A stretch of DNA of 64,000 nucleotides from Candidatus Brocadiia bacterium (GCA_050015075.1 JBEKCB010000019.1:1-64000); one strand, 5' to 3'. Numbered from the stretch's first letter, positions 48,037 through 57,790 are shown. Translations and numbers: made by a program. Notes: generated by a model from the sequence alone, not told the origin.

Positions 48037-48831
48037 CTAGTAACCGTTAGTTGTACCGGTGGCCGAGCCGGGATATCCGGTGAAGTTGGTCCCGACGGAC
48101 CGTGCCGCACCGACGGTGCCGGCCGTGTTCAGGATATTCTGGAACGGGAAGAGCAGATCGCCGATCTGGTACCCGATCCAGGCGAGCCACGTCGGCGGCA
48201 CGCGGATGATGTCGTTCTCGGCGAGCGACACGTCCTCACGCACGTCGCCTTCCAGCATAATCTTGCGGAAGTTGACCGAGGTGATTTCCGGGTTGTCCGG
48301 ATCGCCGCGGATGACTTTGCAGCGCCAATACGCGGCGCGCTGCGTCACACCGCCCACCTCGCCGATCAGTTCGGAGAACGTCTCGTGCCCTCGGTACGGC
48401 ACCCAGCCTTGCCGGCCCGACTCGCCATAGATGAAGACGTGCTTGCTGTTGTAGCCCGTGACGGTGACGAGGACCTTCGGCTCCTTGTAGTATTTCGAGT
48501 AGAGGTCCTCGAGCTTCTCGCGGATTTGAATCGTGGTCAGCCCGGCCACCTGGACGTCCTCGAGGTACGGCAGCGTCACGATGCCGTCCTGCCGCAGTTG
48601 CTCCATCCTCGGCTCCTCAGGCGGCGGCACGGGGCTCATGAACTCGATCTTGATCTCGTCGGGCGGTTCCACAATATAGGTGGCGTCGGGCGGCTTTTTC
48701 CTGAGCGCGTCCCACGACACGACCCGCTGCGAGATTTCCATGGCTTCTTTGCCGCTGCATCCTGTCAGCAGGCAAAACGAGATAACGCCGAGCAGCGACG
48801 CCAGAAAAGTCCGGCTGGACAGGCTGGACAT
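48037..48831 (-). CDS. wza: Polysaccharide export outer-membrane lipoprotein (Wza-like)
   Basis: Lipobox LTGC; YIVEPPD, DGIVTLPYL..V.VAGLT, SLBB-type LAENDIIRVP. Confidence 0.85.
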   Translation of the reverse strand: MSSLSSRTFLASLLGVISFCLLTGCSGKEAMEISQRVVSWDALRKKPPDATYIVEPPDEIKIEFMSPVPPPEEPRMEQLRQDGIVTLPYLEDVQVAGLTTIQIREKLEDLYSKYYKEPKVLVTVTGYNSKHVFIYGESGRQGWVPYRGHETFSELIGEVGGVTQRAAYWRCKVIRGDPDNPEITSVNFRKIMLEGDVREDVSLAENDIIRVPPTWLAWIGYQIGDLLFPFQNILNTAGTVGAARSVGTNFTGYPGSATGTTNGY

Positions 48832-48901
48832 CTTTTGCTCCTCGCGACAAGGAAAAACGCAATAGTGAGGCTGCCCAATTCGCCCGAACTCTGTTGAGTC
48901 C

Positions 48902-48916
48902 GCAAACAGCATGCCA
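48902..48916 (-). promoter_or_regulatory. Sigma54 (-24/-12) promoter of the EPS/exosortase operon
   Basis: Minus strand TGGCATGCTGTTTGC with exact GG-N10-GC spacing, about 70 bp upstream of the wza ATG. Confidence 0.75.
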
Positions 48917-49184
48917 CAGTAACAAGCATCTACCGAATTTACAACTCGCTTTGCTATAGTGAGTTATGTAGTGACGTAGTCAGCTCGCTAGAGCAGGATT
49001 CTACGAAATGCAACATACAGTGTCCGAGAAAAGCAACACAAGGTTCAAAAAATGCCCGGCATCAATCTCTACGCTTACCCCACAGCGGGCAATAAGACCA
49101 GCCTCGAACACGGGTGTGCCGCCCGCTTCCCGCACGTTCGATCCTGATACAGCATAACCTGCAACGCCACAATTTTCAATGCGT

Positions 49185-51101
49185 TTAATGCTCAATGAGG
49201 TCTTCGAGCTGCAAGGACAGGAATACGGCGGCCAAATCGGGGTCGAACTGCGAGCCGGCCTTCTCCGCGATCAGTTGTCGCGCCGAGGCGGGTGTGAGCG
49301 CCGGGCGATAGACGCGGTGCGAGATGAGCGCGTCGAACACGTCCGCAAGCGCCACGATCCTCGCACCGAGCGCGATCCCCTCGCCCTTGAGTCCGTCCGG
49401 GTAGCCGCTGCCGTCGAATTGCTCGTGATGGCTTCGGACAATCGGGATCAAGTCCGCCAGGTGTGGCGCATGCAGGAGCATGTTCGCGCCGTGCAGCGGA
49501 TGAGCCGACACGATCATGGTCTCATCACGCGACAGCGGTCCGGGCTTGCGCAGCACCACATCCGAGATCCGGATCTTGCCGATGTCATGCAGCAGAGCGC
49601 CGTCCTCCACGCGGTACAGGTCCGTGTCGCGCATACCGAGCGCGCGTGCCAATTGACCCGCAAAGGTGCGGACCTGGCTCGAGTGCCCGTCGTTATGCGG
49701 ACAGCGGGCGTCGGCCATGCCGGCCAGAAGCTCGAGCGTCTCGTGATAAAGGCCGGTGACCTGCGACAGGTCCGCCCGGTTGGTCGAAGCCGTCGAGGCG
49801 CTTTCCGCCATCGCCGTCAGCCGCCGCGCATCTTCCATCGAGAAGCAGCCTGCCCGCGAGGAGCACGCTGCCAGCAGGCCGACCGTTTCTCCCTTGACTT
49901 CGAGCGGCGCGCTGATGAACGATTCGAGAGTGCGTCGGACCGCCGCCGAGGGGAGGCCTCGCGCGCCGCACCGGTCAGCCGCATTCCGATTCAGCAGATC
50001 GAGCATCGTTTCGCGCAGCGCCGCCGCAAGCGGAGAGCTTTCGGGCATCTCCGGCTGGAGCATCAGGCGCCCCTGCTCGCCGTCCGCCAGCAGGATTGCG
50101 CAGACTTCGGCGCCGAGCGTGCGCGACGCGCTGACGAGCAGTTGCTTCCAGATCCTGGGCGGGTCGGGTATCGCGGACAGCAAACGGCTTTCGGCGATGA
50201 GGTCCTCCAGCTCTGAGACTTGTTGCGCGGCCGCGTCGCACCGGCGGGCGGCTTCAAGCGCCACGGTCAGGTGCAGGGCGAAGAGGTCGAGAAGTTGCGC
50301 GGACTTCTCGTCGAACTGGGGCCCGCCGATCCGGCGCAGGCCGAGCACGCCGCGCGTCTGCTCGCCGGCCTTCAACGGCGCGTAGGCGTAGCAATCGCCG
50401 GTCGCCGCGTCGGTCGCCAGGAGCACGCCGCCAGCGCCCATCGCCTCTTTACCTTGCTCGTCCAATTGTACGGAGTGCGCCCATCCGGCGACCGAATTGC
50501 CCGTGTGCGCAACCACCGACAGAGTGTCCTGTGCGCCGTCGTACGCCAGCAGCACGGCGCCGTCGGCCTGGAAATCGCGGCACGCCACTTCGAGCGCGCG
50601 CGACGGCAGGACGTGCCGGTCCGTCGTTGCTGAAAGCAGCCGCGCCGTCTCGAGCAGAGTCCGCGACTGTGCCAGGTAGGACTTGCTGCGCGCGGCGTCC
50701 AACGACGATAGAGCGCGCGCCGTCAGCGTCCTGAGATCCTGCGGGTCGAAGGGCTTGCGCAGGAAATCCACCGCGCCGCGACGCATTCCCTCGAGCGCGT
50801 ACTCCAGTGCGTTCGGCCCCGCCATGACAATGACCTGCGTGTCGGGGAACATCTCCTTGATCCTCGCCAGCAACTGGATGCCGTCCAACGTGGGCATCGC
50901 GTCGGTGATCACGAGGTCCGCGGGCCGCCGGCGAAGTTGCCGCAGAGCGCCGGCGACCGAGTCGGCCGTCTCGGCGGAGTACCCTTCTCCGCGCAGCAGC
51001 GCCACGGAATGCGCCGCGCAGGGCTGGTCATCCGTCACGACGAGAATATGCCACTGCAAACTCGCCGGGGCGGCGGGCGCCTTTGGAAGTTGAATTGTCA
51101 C
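49185..51101 (-). CDS. REC-GAF-GAF-HD-GYP c-di-GMP phosphodiesterase
   Basis: REC (LVITD, FLRKPF), two GAF-like segments, GHS..V, LHDIGK, HHEQFDGSGYP, ADVFDAL; GTG 51101 after AAAGGTGG. Confidence 0.9.
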   Translation of the reverse strand: MTIQLPKAPAAPASLQWHILVVTDDQPCAAHSVALLRGEGYSAETADSVAGALRQLRRRPADLVITDAMPTLDGIQLLARIKEMFPDTQVIVMAGPNALEYALEGMRRGAVDFLRKPFDPQDLRTLTARALSSLDAARSKSYLAQSRTLLETARLLSATTDRHVLPSRALEVACRDFQADGAVLLAYDGAQDTLSVVAHTGNSVAGWAHSVQLDEQGKEAMGAGGVLLATDAATGDCYAYAPLKAGEQTRGVLGLRRIGGPQFDEKSAQLLDLFALHLTVALEAARRCDAAAQQVSELEDLIAESRLLSAIPDPPRIWKQLLVSASRTLGAEVCAILLADGEQGRLMLQPEMPESSPLAAALRETMLDLLNRNAADRCGARGLPSAAVRRTLESFISAPLEVKGETVGLLAACSSRAGCFSMEDARRLTAMAESASTASTNRADLSQVTGLYHETLELLAGMADARCPHNDGHSSQVRTFAGQLARALGMRDTDLYRVEDGALLHDIGKIRISDVVLRKPGPLSRDETMIVSAHPLHGANMLLHAPHLADLIPIVRSHHEQFDGSGYPDGLKGEGIALGARIVALADVFDALISHRVYRPALTPASARQLIAEKAGSQFDPDLAAVFLSLQLEDLIEH

Positions 51102-51309
51102 GCGACCACCTTTCCATGTGTTTCTTCTATCACAATCTTCGGCATATTCGGCCGCCGATTTAGCTGCCGCGCCGTGCGTTTGATATGTCGAAAATTCATT
51201 CAACTCGTCGGGAATTTCCTCGATAATTATTCGTGCAGGCGGCGGGCGCAGGCAGGAGCGAGCGAATGATTCCGGGATTCCGCGCGGCCGAAGAAGTTTG
51301 TCCGTCCTC

Positions 51310-51325
51310 TGGCATTGATTTTGCA
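51310..51325 (+). promoter_or_regulatory. Sigma54 (-24/-12) promoter of the PilZ-FliS genes
   Basis: TGGCATTGATTTTGCA with exact GG-N10-GC spacing, about 70 bp upstream of the CDS. Confidence 0.75.
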
Positions 51326-51397
51326 ATCAGGTCTCACGCGCATGAAGCTTGAAGCCTGAATCGGCAACTGTGAGCAGGGATTTATTGAGGTGCACCC

Positions 51398-52213
51398 TTG
51401 AGCGACACCGAAGCGATTCCCGAGGTATGGAACGAATCCCATAGACGGAATTCCGTCCAGGCGCGGCCCGCTCTGAACCTGGTCACTCACACCCGGCAGG
51501 TGGAACCGCACCAGCCGGTCAGGGTGGAATTGGCAGACGGGACAACGATGAACTCCATCGTCCTGCGCGCGGCGGATGACGCCCTGTACCTGCTGCTGCC
51601 GACCGGGCAGCGGCAGGCGCGTTTCGAGCCTGGGCAGGCGCTTCACGTGACGTTCTGGCGACCACTGGACGCGCGGTACCAGTTCGAGGGCCGCGTCATC
51701 GGAACCGATGGCCACCGCCCAGCGCTGGCTGTGGCTCACGCTCCGACGGATCGGCTTCAGCAGCGCAGGTACCCGCGAGTCCATTGCCGGGAAATAGTCC
51801 AGTTGGGCCGGCTGACCCGGGAGCAGTTCACGAATTTCGCCAAACTGCCGCAGCCGCCGCAGCTTTCCGTCAAGGGGCGGCTCCACGACCTGAGCGTCGG
51901 GGGCGCCTGTTTTACGACGCCGATGGCATTGACGAAGAACGGCTGGGTTGCGCTCAGCATCGGGGCTCACGAAGCGCAGGGACCCATCGTGGTTCCAGGA
52001 CAGGTGCTGCGGCAGACGCGGCTCGGCGGGACTTCAAAATCCCTGTGGCGGGCCGCCGTCGAATTCAATATGCCCTCGCAGCAGCTCGAACGTCAGGTGA
52101 AGAGCCTCGTGGCGGAAATTGACTCCAGGCACGTGATCCGGATGATGCTTCGCTCCGGCAATTGGTCTCAGCCGAAACGCGATCTTCCATCAGTGCGGCC
52201 GACCCCGAGTTGA
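51398..52213 (+). CDS. YcgR-like PilZ-domain protein (flagellar brake type)
   Basis: N-terminal beta domain, then QQRRYPR (RxxxR) and DLSVGG (DxSxxG). Confidence 0.85.
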   Translation: MSDTEAIPEVWNESHRRNSVQARPALNLVTHTRQVEPHQPVRVELADGTTMNSIVLRAADDALYLLLPTGQRQARFEPGQALHVTFWRPLDARYQFEGRVIGTDGHRPALAVAHAPTDRLQQRRYPRVHCREIVQLGRLTREQFTNFAKLPQPPQLSVKGRLHDLSVGGACFTTPMALTKNGWVALSIGAHEAQGPIVVPGQVLRQTRLGGTSKSLWRAAVEFNMPSQQLERQVKSLVAEIDSRHVIRMMLRSGNWSQPKRDLPSVRPTPS

Positions 52214-52231
52214 ACAGGAAAGCAGGAACGC

Positions 52232-52597
52232 ATGACCGACGCGAAATACACCGCTGATCAGGAACAATGCCGGGACCGGTTTGAGGAGGAACTCGACGGC
52301 CTGAGCCCTGCCCGGCTCCTGCTGAAGCTGTATGACGTCGCCATCCTCAGTTGCGACCGCGAAGAGCGCGAGCGGCTGGTCTGCGCGCTGACCGAACTGA
52401 CCGCCGCGCTGAGCTTCGATCACCGCGAGGTTTCCATGCCGCTCTTCAGCATCTACGACCACTGCATCCGCCAGGTGCGCGCCGGCCGCTACAGCGCCGT
52501 ACGGGCGGTCCTCGTCCAACTCCGCGACGCCTGGAGCCAGTCCGCGCAAGCGCTCGAATCCAGCCCAATCCCGCCGATCGAGACGAGGCGGAACTAG
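52232..52597 (+). CDS. fliS: Flagellar chaperone FliS-like protein
   Basis: SPARLLLKLYDVAI, LTEL.AAL, LFSIYDHC, LRDAW. Confidence 0.78.
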   Translation: MTDAKYTADQEQCRDRFEEELDGLSPARLLLKLYDVAILSCDREERERLVCALTELTAALSFDHREVSMPLFSIYDHCIRQVRAGRYSAVRAVLVQLRDAWSQSAQALESSPIPPIETRRN

Positions 52598-52711
52598 CGC
52601 CTGCGATTTCACTTGCCTTCGTCAACTTCATTCTGCATAATCACCGGGGACTTCGATGCTCGGACAGATGGTCAGTCACGATTTCCTTTCTTTACGCCGA
52701 GGTGATGGCCA

Positions 52712-53047
52712 ATGGCAAATGAAGGGGCAACGCGACAGATCAAGGACGGAGAGTCGGCGCGGCTCGAGGACCTCGCTGAGAAAGTGCGCCGGATTCAGCC
52801 TGGGCGGTGGCGAATGGTCTCTCGGATTTGCGTGGGCGGATTGTCGTTGGGATATGCGTTATGGCGGTATCATTCAGGCGCGTCCGAACGCGGGATAGAG
52901 TATCTTTTCATTTACTTCTGGTCTATGGGGTGCGTTTTAACTACCCTATTCTTCAGCGATCTGGCACTTTGGTTCCGTTTGAAAGTGCTCCTGATCGAGT
53001 CCGGCATGGAGTACGCTCAACAGATCGCGCCTCTCTCAGGAAAATAA
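52712..53047 (+). CDS. Small hypothetical membrane protein
   Basis: Two hydrophobic segments; visibly lower GC; start could be 52733. Confidence 0.5.
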   Translation: MANEGATRQIKDGESARLEDLAEKVRRIQPGRWRMVSRICVGGLSLGYALWRYHSGASERGIEYLFIYFWSMGCVLTTLFFSDLALWFRLKVLLIESGMEYAQQIAPLSGK

Positions 53048-53148
53048 GCTTCCCCTGCCGCCGCGTTTGACACCATAAAGGCCGGCTGCTATTCTGCTTG
53101 CCGAACAGGGGACGCGGCCCGCGAGACCTTCCTTTTTGCGCATCGTCC

Positions 53149-55215
53149 ATGAAGAGCCTTGACGATTCGGTCCAATACACCAAGGGCGTCGGCCCGAAGC
53201 GGCTGGAGCTGCTCAAGCGCCTCGGGATCGCGACGCTCCGCGACCTGCTTTACTTCGTGCCGCGCGCGTATGAAGATCGCTCCCTGATCACCCCGATCAA
53301 CCGCCTCCGCGTCGGCGACCGGGCGACGATCAAGGCGCGCGTGGTCGCCGCCGAGAAGTTCCGGGGCCAGCGCGGCCGGGCGATGGCGCGAGTCGAGGTC
53401 GAGGACGATTCCGGCCGCCTGACCTGCACCTGGTTCAACTCGCGTTTCTTCCGCGAGGAGGATTTCCCCGCCGGCCGCGAGATGCTCTTCACCGGCCGGG
53501 TGGATTTTTACCGCGGCTTGCAGATGGTCTCGCCGGAGCACGAACTCGCCGACGAGGGCGAAGTGTTCTTCGGCCCGCGCATCCTGCCGATCTACCCGCT
53601 GACCGAGGACCTGAACCAGAACGCGCTGCGCCGCGTGATGAAGGAGGCGGTCGCCGAAAACGCCGGGCGGGTCGAGGATATGTTCGACGCGGCGTTCCTG
53701 AAGGAGCACAATTTGCCGGCGCTCGCGGACGCGATTCGGGAAATCCATTTCCCCGATTCGTCTCAGGCCGCCGGCCAAGCCCGGCGTCGGCTGGCGTATG
53801 ACGAACTCTTCCTGCTCGAACTGGGCATGGCGCAACGCCGCCGCGATATCCGCCGCGAGGACGCCGGCCTTTCGTTCGAGGTCACGCCCGAGATTGACCA
53901 GCGCATCCGGCGGCGCTTCCCGTTCAAGCTGACCGGCGCGCAGGAGCGCGTGATCGGGGAGATCGCCGCCGACATGCGCTCTCCGAAGCCGATGAACCGC
54001 ATGCTCCAGGGCGACGTGGGCTCCGGCAAGACAGTCCTGGCGCTTTACGCCATGCTGGTCGCCGTGGCGAACCGGTACCAGGCCGCGCTCATGGCGCCGA
54101 CGGAAATCCTGGCGACGCAGCACTACGAAACGATCCAGCGTTACCTGGCCGGAAGCCGCGTGAGGACCGCCCTGCTCGTCGGCGGCCGCACCGCGCGCGA
54201 ACGAAAGCAGGACCTGGAGCGCGTCGCGGCGGGCGAGGCCGACCTGGTCGTCGGCACGCACGCGCTGGTCGAGGGAGACGTGGCTTTCAAGAAACTCGGG
54301 CTGGTCGTCGTGGACGAGCAGCACAAGTTCGGCGTGATCCAGCGGGCCAAGCTGCGCCAGAAAGGCCGCCACCCGGACGTGCTGGTGATGACAGCGACGC
54401 CGATCCCGCGGACGCTCGCGCTGACCGTCTTCGGCGACCTGGACCTCTCGACGCTCGACGAGATGCCGCCGGGCCGGCAGCCGGTCAGGAGCAAGTGGTA
54501 TCCGCCGGAGAAGCTGGACGCGGCGTACGAATTCATCCGCGCGCGCATCACCGCGGGCGAACAGGCGTTCGTGGTCTACCCGCTCGTGGAGGAGTCCGAG
54601 GCGCTCGACCTGAAAGCGGCGACGACCAGCGCCGAGCACCTCCAGCGGAAAATCTTCCCGGAGTTCCGCATCGCCCTGCTGCACGGCCGCATGCGGCCCG
54701 ATGAAAAGGACCGCGTGATGGCCGAGTTCCGCGCGGGACGGTATCACATCCTCGTCTCGACCGTCGTCATCGAGGTCGGGATTGATATCCCGAACGCGAC
54801 GATTATGGTCATCGAGCACGCGGAGCGGTTCGGCCTGGCGCAGTTGCACCAGTTGCGCGGCCGCATCGGGCGCGGCAGCCGGCCTTCGTTCTTCCTCCTC
54901 TTCGCCGAGCCGAAGAGCGACGAGCCGCGCAAACGGCTGGACATCATCTGCTCGACGACCGACGGCTTCCGCATCGCGGAGGAGGACTTGAAGCTGCGTG
55001 GCCCGGGCGAATTCTTCGGCACGCGGCAACATGGCTTGCCGGAACTGCGCGTTGCGGATATTATTAACGACCACGCCCTGCTGCAGCTCGCGCGCCGCGA
55101 CGCCTTCAAGATCGTCGCCGACGATCCCGGCCTCGCGAAGCCGGAACACGCAAAGCTCCGCGCGCGGCTGGAGGAGGCGTTCAGGAACCGGTTGGATCTA
55201 ATTCGAATAGGATAA
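53149..55215 (+). CDS. recG: ATP-dependent DNA helicase RecG
   Basis: KGVGPKR, QGDVGSGKT, APTEILA.QH, DEQH, MTATPIPRTL, QLRGRIGRG, DLKLRGPGE. Confidence 0.97.
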   Translation: MKSLDDSVQYTKGVGPKRLELLKRLGIATLRDLLYFVPRAYEDRSLITPINRLRVGDRATIKARVVAAEKFRGQRGRAMARVEVEDDSGRLTCTWFNSRFFREEDFPAGREMLFTGRVDFYRGLQMVSPEHELADEGEVFFGPRILPIYPLTEDLNQNALRRVMKEAVAENAGRVEDMFDAAFLKEHNLPALADAIREIHFPDSSQAAGQARRRLAYDELFLLELGMAQRRRDIRREDAGLSFEVTPEIDQRIRRRFPFKLTGAQERVIGEIAADMRSPKPMNRMLQGDVGSGKTVLALYAMLVAVANRYQAALMAPTEILATQHYETIQRYLAGSRVRTALLVGGRTARERKQDLERVAAGEADLVVGTHALVEGDVAFKKLGLVVVDEQHKFGVIQRAKLRQKGRHPDVLVMTATPIPRTLALTVFGDLDLSTLDEMPPGRQPVRSKWYPPEKLDAAYEFIRARITAGEQAFVVYPLVEESEALDLKAATTSAEHLQRKIFPEFRIALLHGRMRPDEKDRVMAEFRAGRYHILVSTVVIEVGIDIPNATIMVIEHAERFGLAQLHQLRGRIGRGSRPSFFLLFAEPKSDEPRKRLDIICSTTDGFRIAEEDLKLRGPGEFFGTRQHGLPELRVADIINDHALLQLARRDAFKIVADDPGLAKPEHAKLRARLEEAFRNRLDLIRIG

Positions 55216-55297
55216 TCAGTGACAGTCACAATGGGAGGAACTCTTAGGAAAGAGATTCCTTGTGTTATAATGTTTTACGCAAAGCCGGAGGCTTAAA

Positions 55298-55504
55298 ATG
55301 AAACTGATCATTACGCTGGAACGTGACGAAACGGGCATGCTCGTGGCGGAGTGCCCCGCGATTCCGGGCTGCGTTTCGCAGGGACAAACGGAAGAGGAAG
55401 CGGTCGCCAACATTCGCGAGGCGATCGCGGCCTGCATCGAGGCACGCGCGGCCAACGGGATGCCCGTCACGGTCGCCGTTCGGGAAATCGAGGTCGCGGT
55501 CTGA
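55298..55504 (+). CDS. hicB: HicB-family antitoxin (short form)
   Basis: AECPAIPGCVSQGQTEEEAVANIREAI; TGnTATAAT at 55263-55271; RBS GGAGG. Confidence 0.9.
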   Translation: MKLIITLERDETGMLVAECPAIPGCVSQGQTEEEAVANIREAIAACIEARAANGMPVTVAVREIEVAV

Positions 55505-55588
55505 TGGGACGCTTGCCCGTCCTTTCTGGAGCGCGCGCTGATCCGTGCCGCAGGAATGACAGTAGATGAGTTTGATGATTTGCTCTGA
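55504..55588 (+). pseudogene. hicA: HicA toxin remnant with internal deletion and frameshift
   Basis: N-terminus MGRLPVLSGA joined at GCGCGCGC to an out-of-frame C-terminus RALIRAAGMTVDEFDDLL*; the core with the catalytic GSH motif is missing. Confidence 0.8.
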
Positions 55589-55628
55589 CCAGAATCGCTT
55601 CTCAGTATCTCTCGATCAGGAATGAACA

Positions 55629-56009
55629 ATGAGACTGATGGATGATCTGACGTTCGACGCCCAGGGACTGATTCCGGTCATCATCGCGAACGTCGCGGAC
55701 CGCCGGCCGCTGACGCTCTGCTACATGAACCGCGAGGCGCTCGCGAAGACGATTGAGACCGGCAAGGTCCACGTCTTCCGCCGGTCGAAGGGAAGGCTGA
55801 TGCTGAAAGGCGAGATCAGCGGCCACATCCAGGAGGTTAAAGGCCTCTTTCCCGACTGCGAGGGCCACTCGCTCATGATCACCGTCAAGCAGCACGTCGC
55901 CGGTTGCCACGCCGGCTACATGTCCTGCTATTACCGCCAGTACGACGCGAAGAGCGATGACTACCGCATCGCCGAAGAACAGGTTTTCGACCCGAAAACA
56001 GTCTACTGA
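55629..56009 (+). CDS. hisI: Phosphoribosyl-AMP cyclohydrolase (divergent motif)
   Basis: GLIPVI, YMNREAL, KGEISGH.Q.V, DC, CHAG..SC.YR. Confidence 0.85.
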   Translation: MRLMDDLTFDAQGLIPVIIANVADRRPLTLCYMNREALAKTIETGKVHVFRRSKGRLMLKGEISGHIQEVKGLFPDCEGHSLMITVKQHVAGCHAGYMSCYYRQYDAKSDDYRIAEEQVFDPKTVY

Positions 56010-56023
56010 GGAAGGACTTTGAA

Positions 56024-57139
56024 CTGGCTGACCGCATCGTCGTCCTCGGCGCCGGCGCGCTTTCGCTCGGCTTCTTCGGGCCGGAACTCCGGGACCAGTA
56101 CGCGCTGACGTTCGTGGATACCGACGCCCGGGCGGACCTGATCGCGCACGTGCAGCGCCGCCGTGAATACGCCGCCAACGTCGCCGGAGAGAAAATCGTG
56201 CCGCTGACGGTCAGGCCGGTGGACGCGTTCCGGCTCGACCGGGCGGAACAGGACCAACCCATCCGCGAGCACATCGCGCAGGCGCGGATTTTCTTCACGG
56301 CGGTGGGAATTCGCAACCTCGACAGCGCGCTCTCGTACCTGTTCGACCGCATCGGCGGCCGCGCGGAGCCGCTCTTCATCCTCTGCGCCGAAAACGGAGA
56401 AGGCGTCGCCGACAAGTGGCGCACCGTGTTCCCGACGAACGTCCACCTCTGCGACACGGTCATGGGCAGGATGTGCCGCCTCGACGAGCGCGCCGCGCCG
56501 GACTACGCGCCCGTCGAGCCGGACCTCGCCTGGGGCGTCGTCGGCGAGGACTTTCACGGCTTTCCGCTGTCGGAGGCGCACCGCGACGCGAAGGTCTTTC
56601 ACTCCAGCGCGTTCCAGTTCGTGCCGGAGGAGGAATTCCACGCCCGCGAGCGCGTGAAGCTGTTCGCGCACAATGCGTTGCACTTCTTCGTCGCCGCCAT
56701 GGGCCGCCTCCGCGGCGCGGAACGATTCAGCGACCTGGCGCAGGACGCCGAGGTCACGACGGCCACGCGGGAACTTCTCGAGGGCGAAATCGCTCCCGCG
56801 CTCTGGAAGGACTGCGCCTGGCGGATCGGCCGGGGCGAGTTCGATGAGTACGTCGCGCGGCTGCCGGGGCGGCTCTTCTCGCCGACGCTGCGCGACCTCA
56901 TCGCGCGCGGCGTGCGCGGCATCCAGGAGAAATTCGCCGACAACGAGCGTGCGCTCGGCGGCCTGCGCCTGCTCCTGCGCAACGGCGTCCGGCCGAACCG
57001 CTATTACGACCTGCTCGCCGCCGGGCTGGAAGTGGCGCGCCGCGACGCGAAGCCGGAACTCGCCGCGGCGCTGTTCGAGAAACTCCCCGGCGAGGAAGTG
57101 CGCCGCGAAGTGGAAGCGCGATGGAAGAAACTGCGATGA
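56024..57139 (+). CDS. Mannitol-1-phosphate dehydrogenase-like oxidoreductase, apparent CTG start
   Basis: Rossmann IVVLGAGALSLGFFG upstream of the called start; FTAVG, ILCAEN, TVMGRM, KLFAHNALH, LRDLIARGVR. Confidence 0.72.
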   Translation: MADRIVVLGAGALSLGFFGPELRDQYALTFVDTDARADLIAHVQRRREYAANVAGEKIVPLTVRPVDAFRLDRAEQDQPIREHIAQARIFFTAVGIRNLDSALSYLFDRIGGRAEPLFILCAENGEGVADKWRTVFPTNVHLCDTVMGRMCRLDERAAPDYAPVEPDLAWGVVGEDFHGFPLSEAHRDAKVFHSSAFQFVPEEEFHARERVKLFAHNALHFFVAAMGRLRGAERFSDLAQDAEVTTATRELLEGEIAPALWKDCAWRIGRGEFDEYVARLPGRLFSPTLRDLIARGVRGIQEKFADNERALGGLRLLLRNGVRPNRYYDLLAAGLEVARRDAKPELAAALFEKLPGEEVRREVEARWKKLR

Positions 57140-57600
57140 GCCAGGCGGATCGTTCCTCCGACGAAAAATACATGCACCTCGCCCTGCAGGAGGCGACCGC
57201 CGCCCTCGATCACGGCGACGTGCCGGTCGGCGCGGTCATCGTCCACGAGGGCGCCGTCATCGCCCGCGCGCACAACCAGCGCGAGCAGCTCAAGGACCCG
57301 ACCGCCCACGCCGAAATGATCGCGCTGACCCAGGCCTCCGCGGCCCTCGAGGCGTGGCGCTTGACCGGCTGCACCCTGTATGTTACGGTTGAGCCGTGCG
57401 TCATGTGCGCCGGGGCGCTGGTCCTGGCGAGAGTGTCGCGGCTGGTGTACGGCGCGGATGATCCCAAGGCCGGAGCATGCGTTTCGCTCTACCGGATCCC
57501 TTCGGACCCACGGCTGAATCACAGCATCGAGACGGCCTCCGGCGTGCTCGCGGAGGAGTCCGCCCGGATGCTTCGGGAGTTCTTTCGCGCGAGACGTTAG
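57136..57600 (+). CDS. tadA: tRNA adenosine deaminase
   Basis: VPVGAV, DPTAHAE, YVTVEPCVMC, DPKAGA, LNH, FF; followed by tRNA-Ser. Confidence 0.95.
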   Translation: MSQADRSSDEKYMHLALQEATAALDHGDVPVGAVIVHEGAVIARAHNQREQLKDPTAHAEMIALTQASAALEAWRLTGCTLYVTVEPCVMCAGALVLARVSRLVYGADDPKAGACVSLYRIPSDPRLNHSIETASGVLAEESARMLREFFRARR

Positions 57601-57623
57601 CCCGGTTGCTGCCGTGCAAGAAC

Positions 57624-57715
<92 letters not shown>

Positions 57716-57790
57716 TGATGTTGCTGTCAGTATGAAACCGTCTATTCTTGTTGATATGCGGGTGACCAAACATTACTGCTGGAGGGACAC

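Noticed and set aside
53089-55149. 686-aa antisense ORF over recG
   Set aside because: Shadow ORF.
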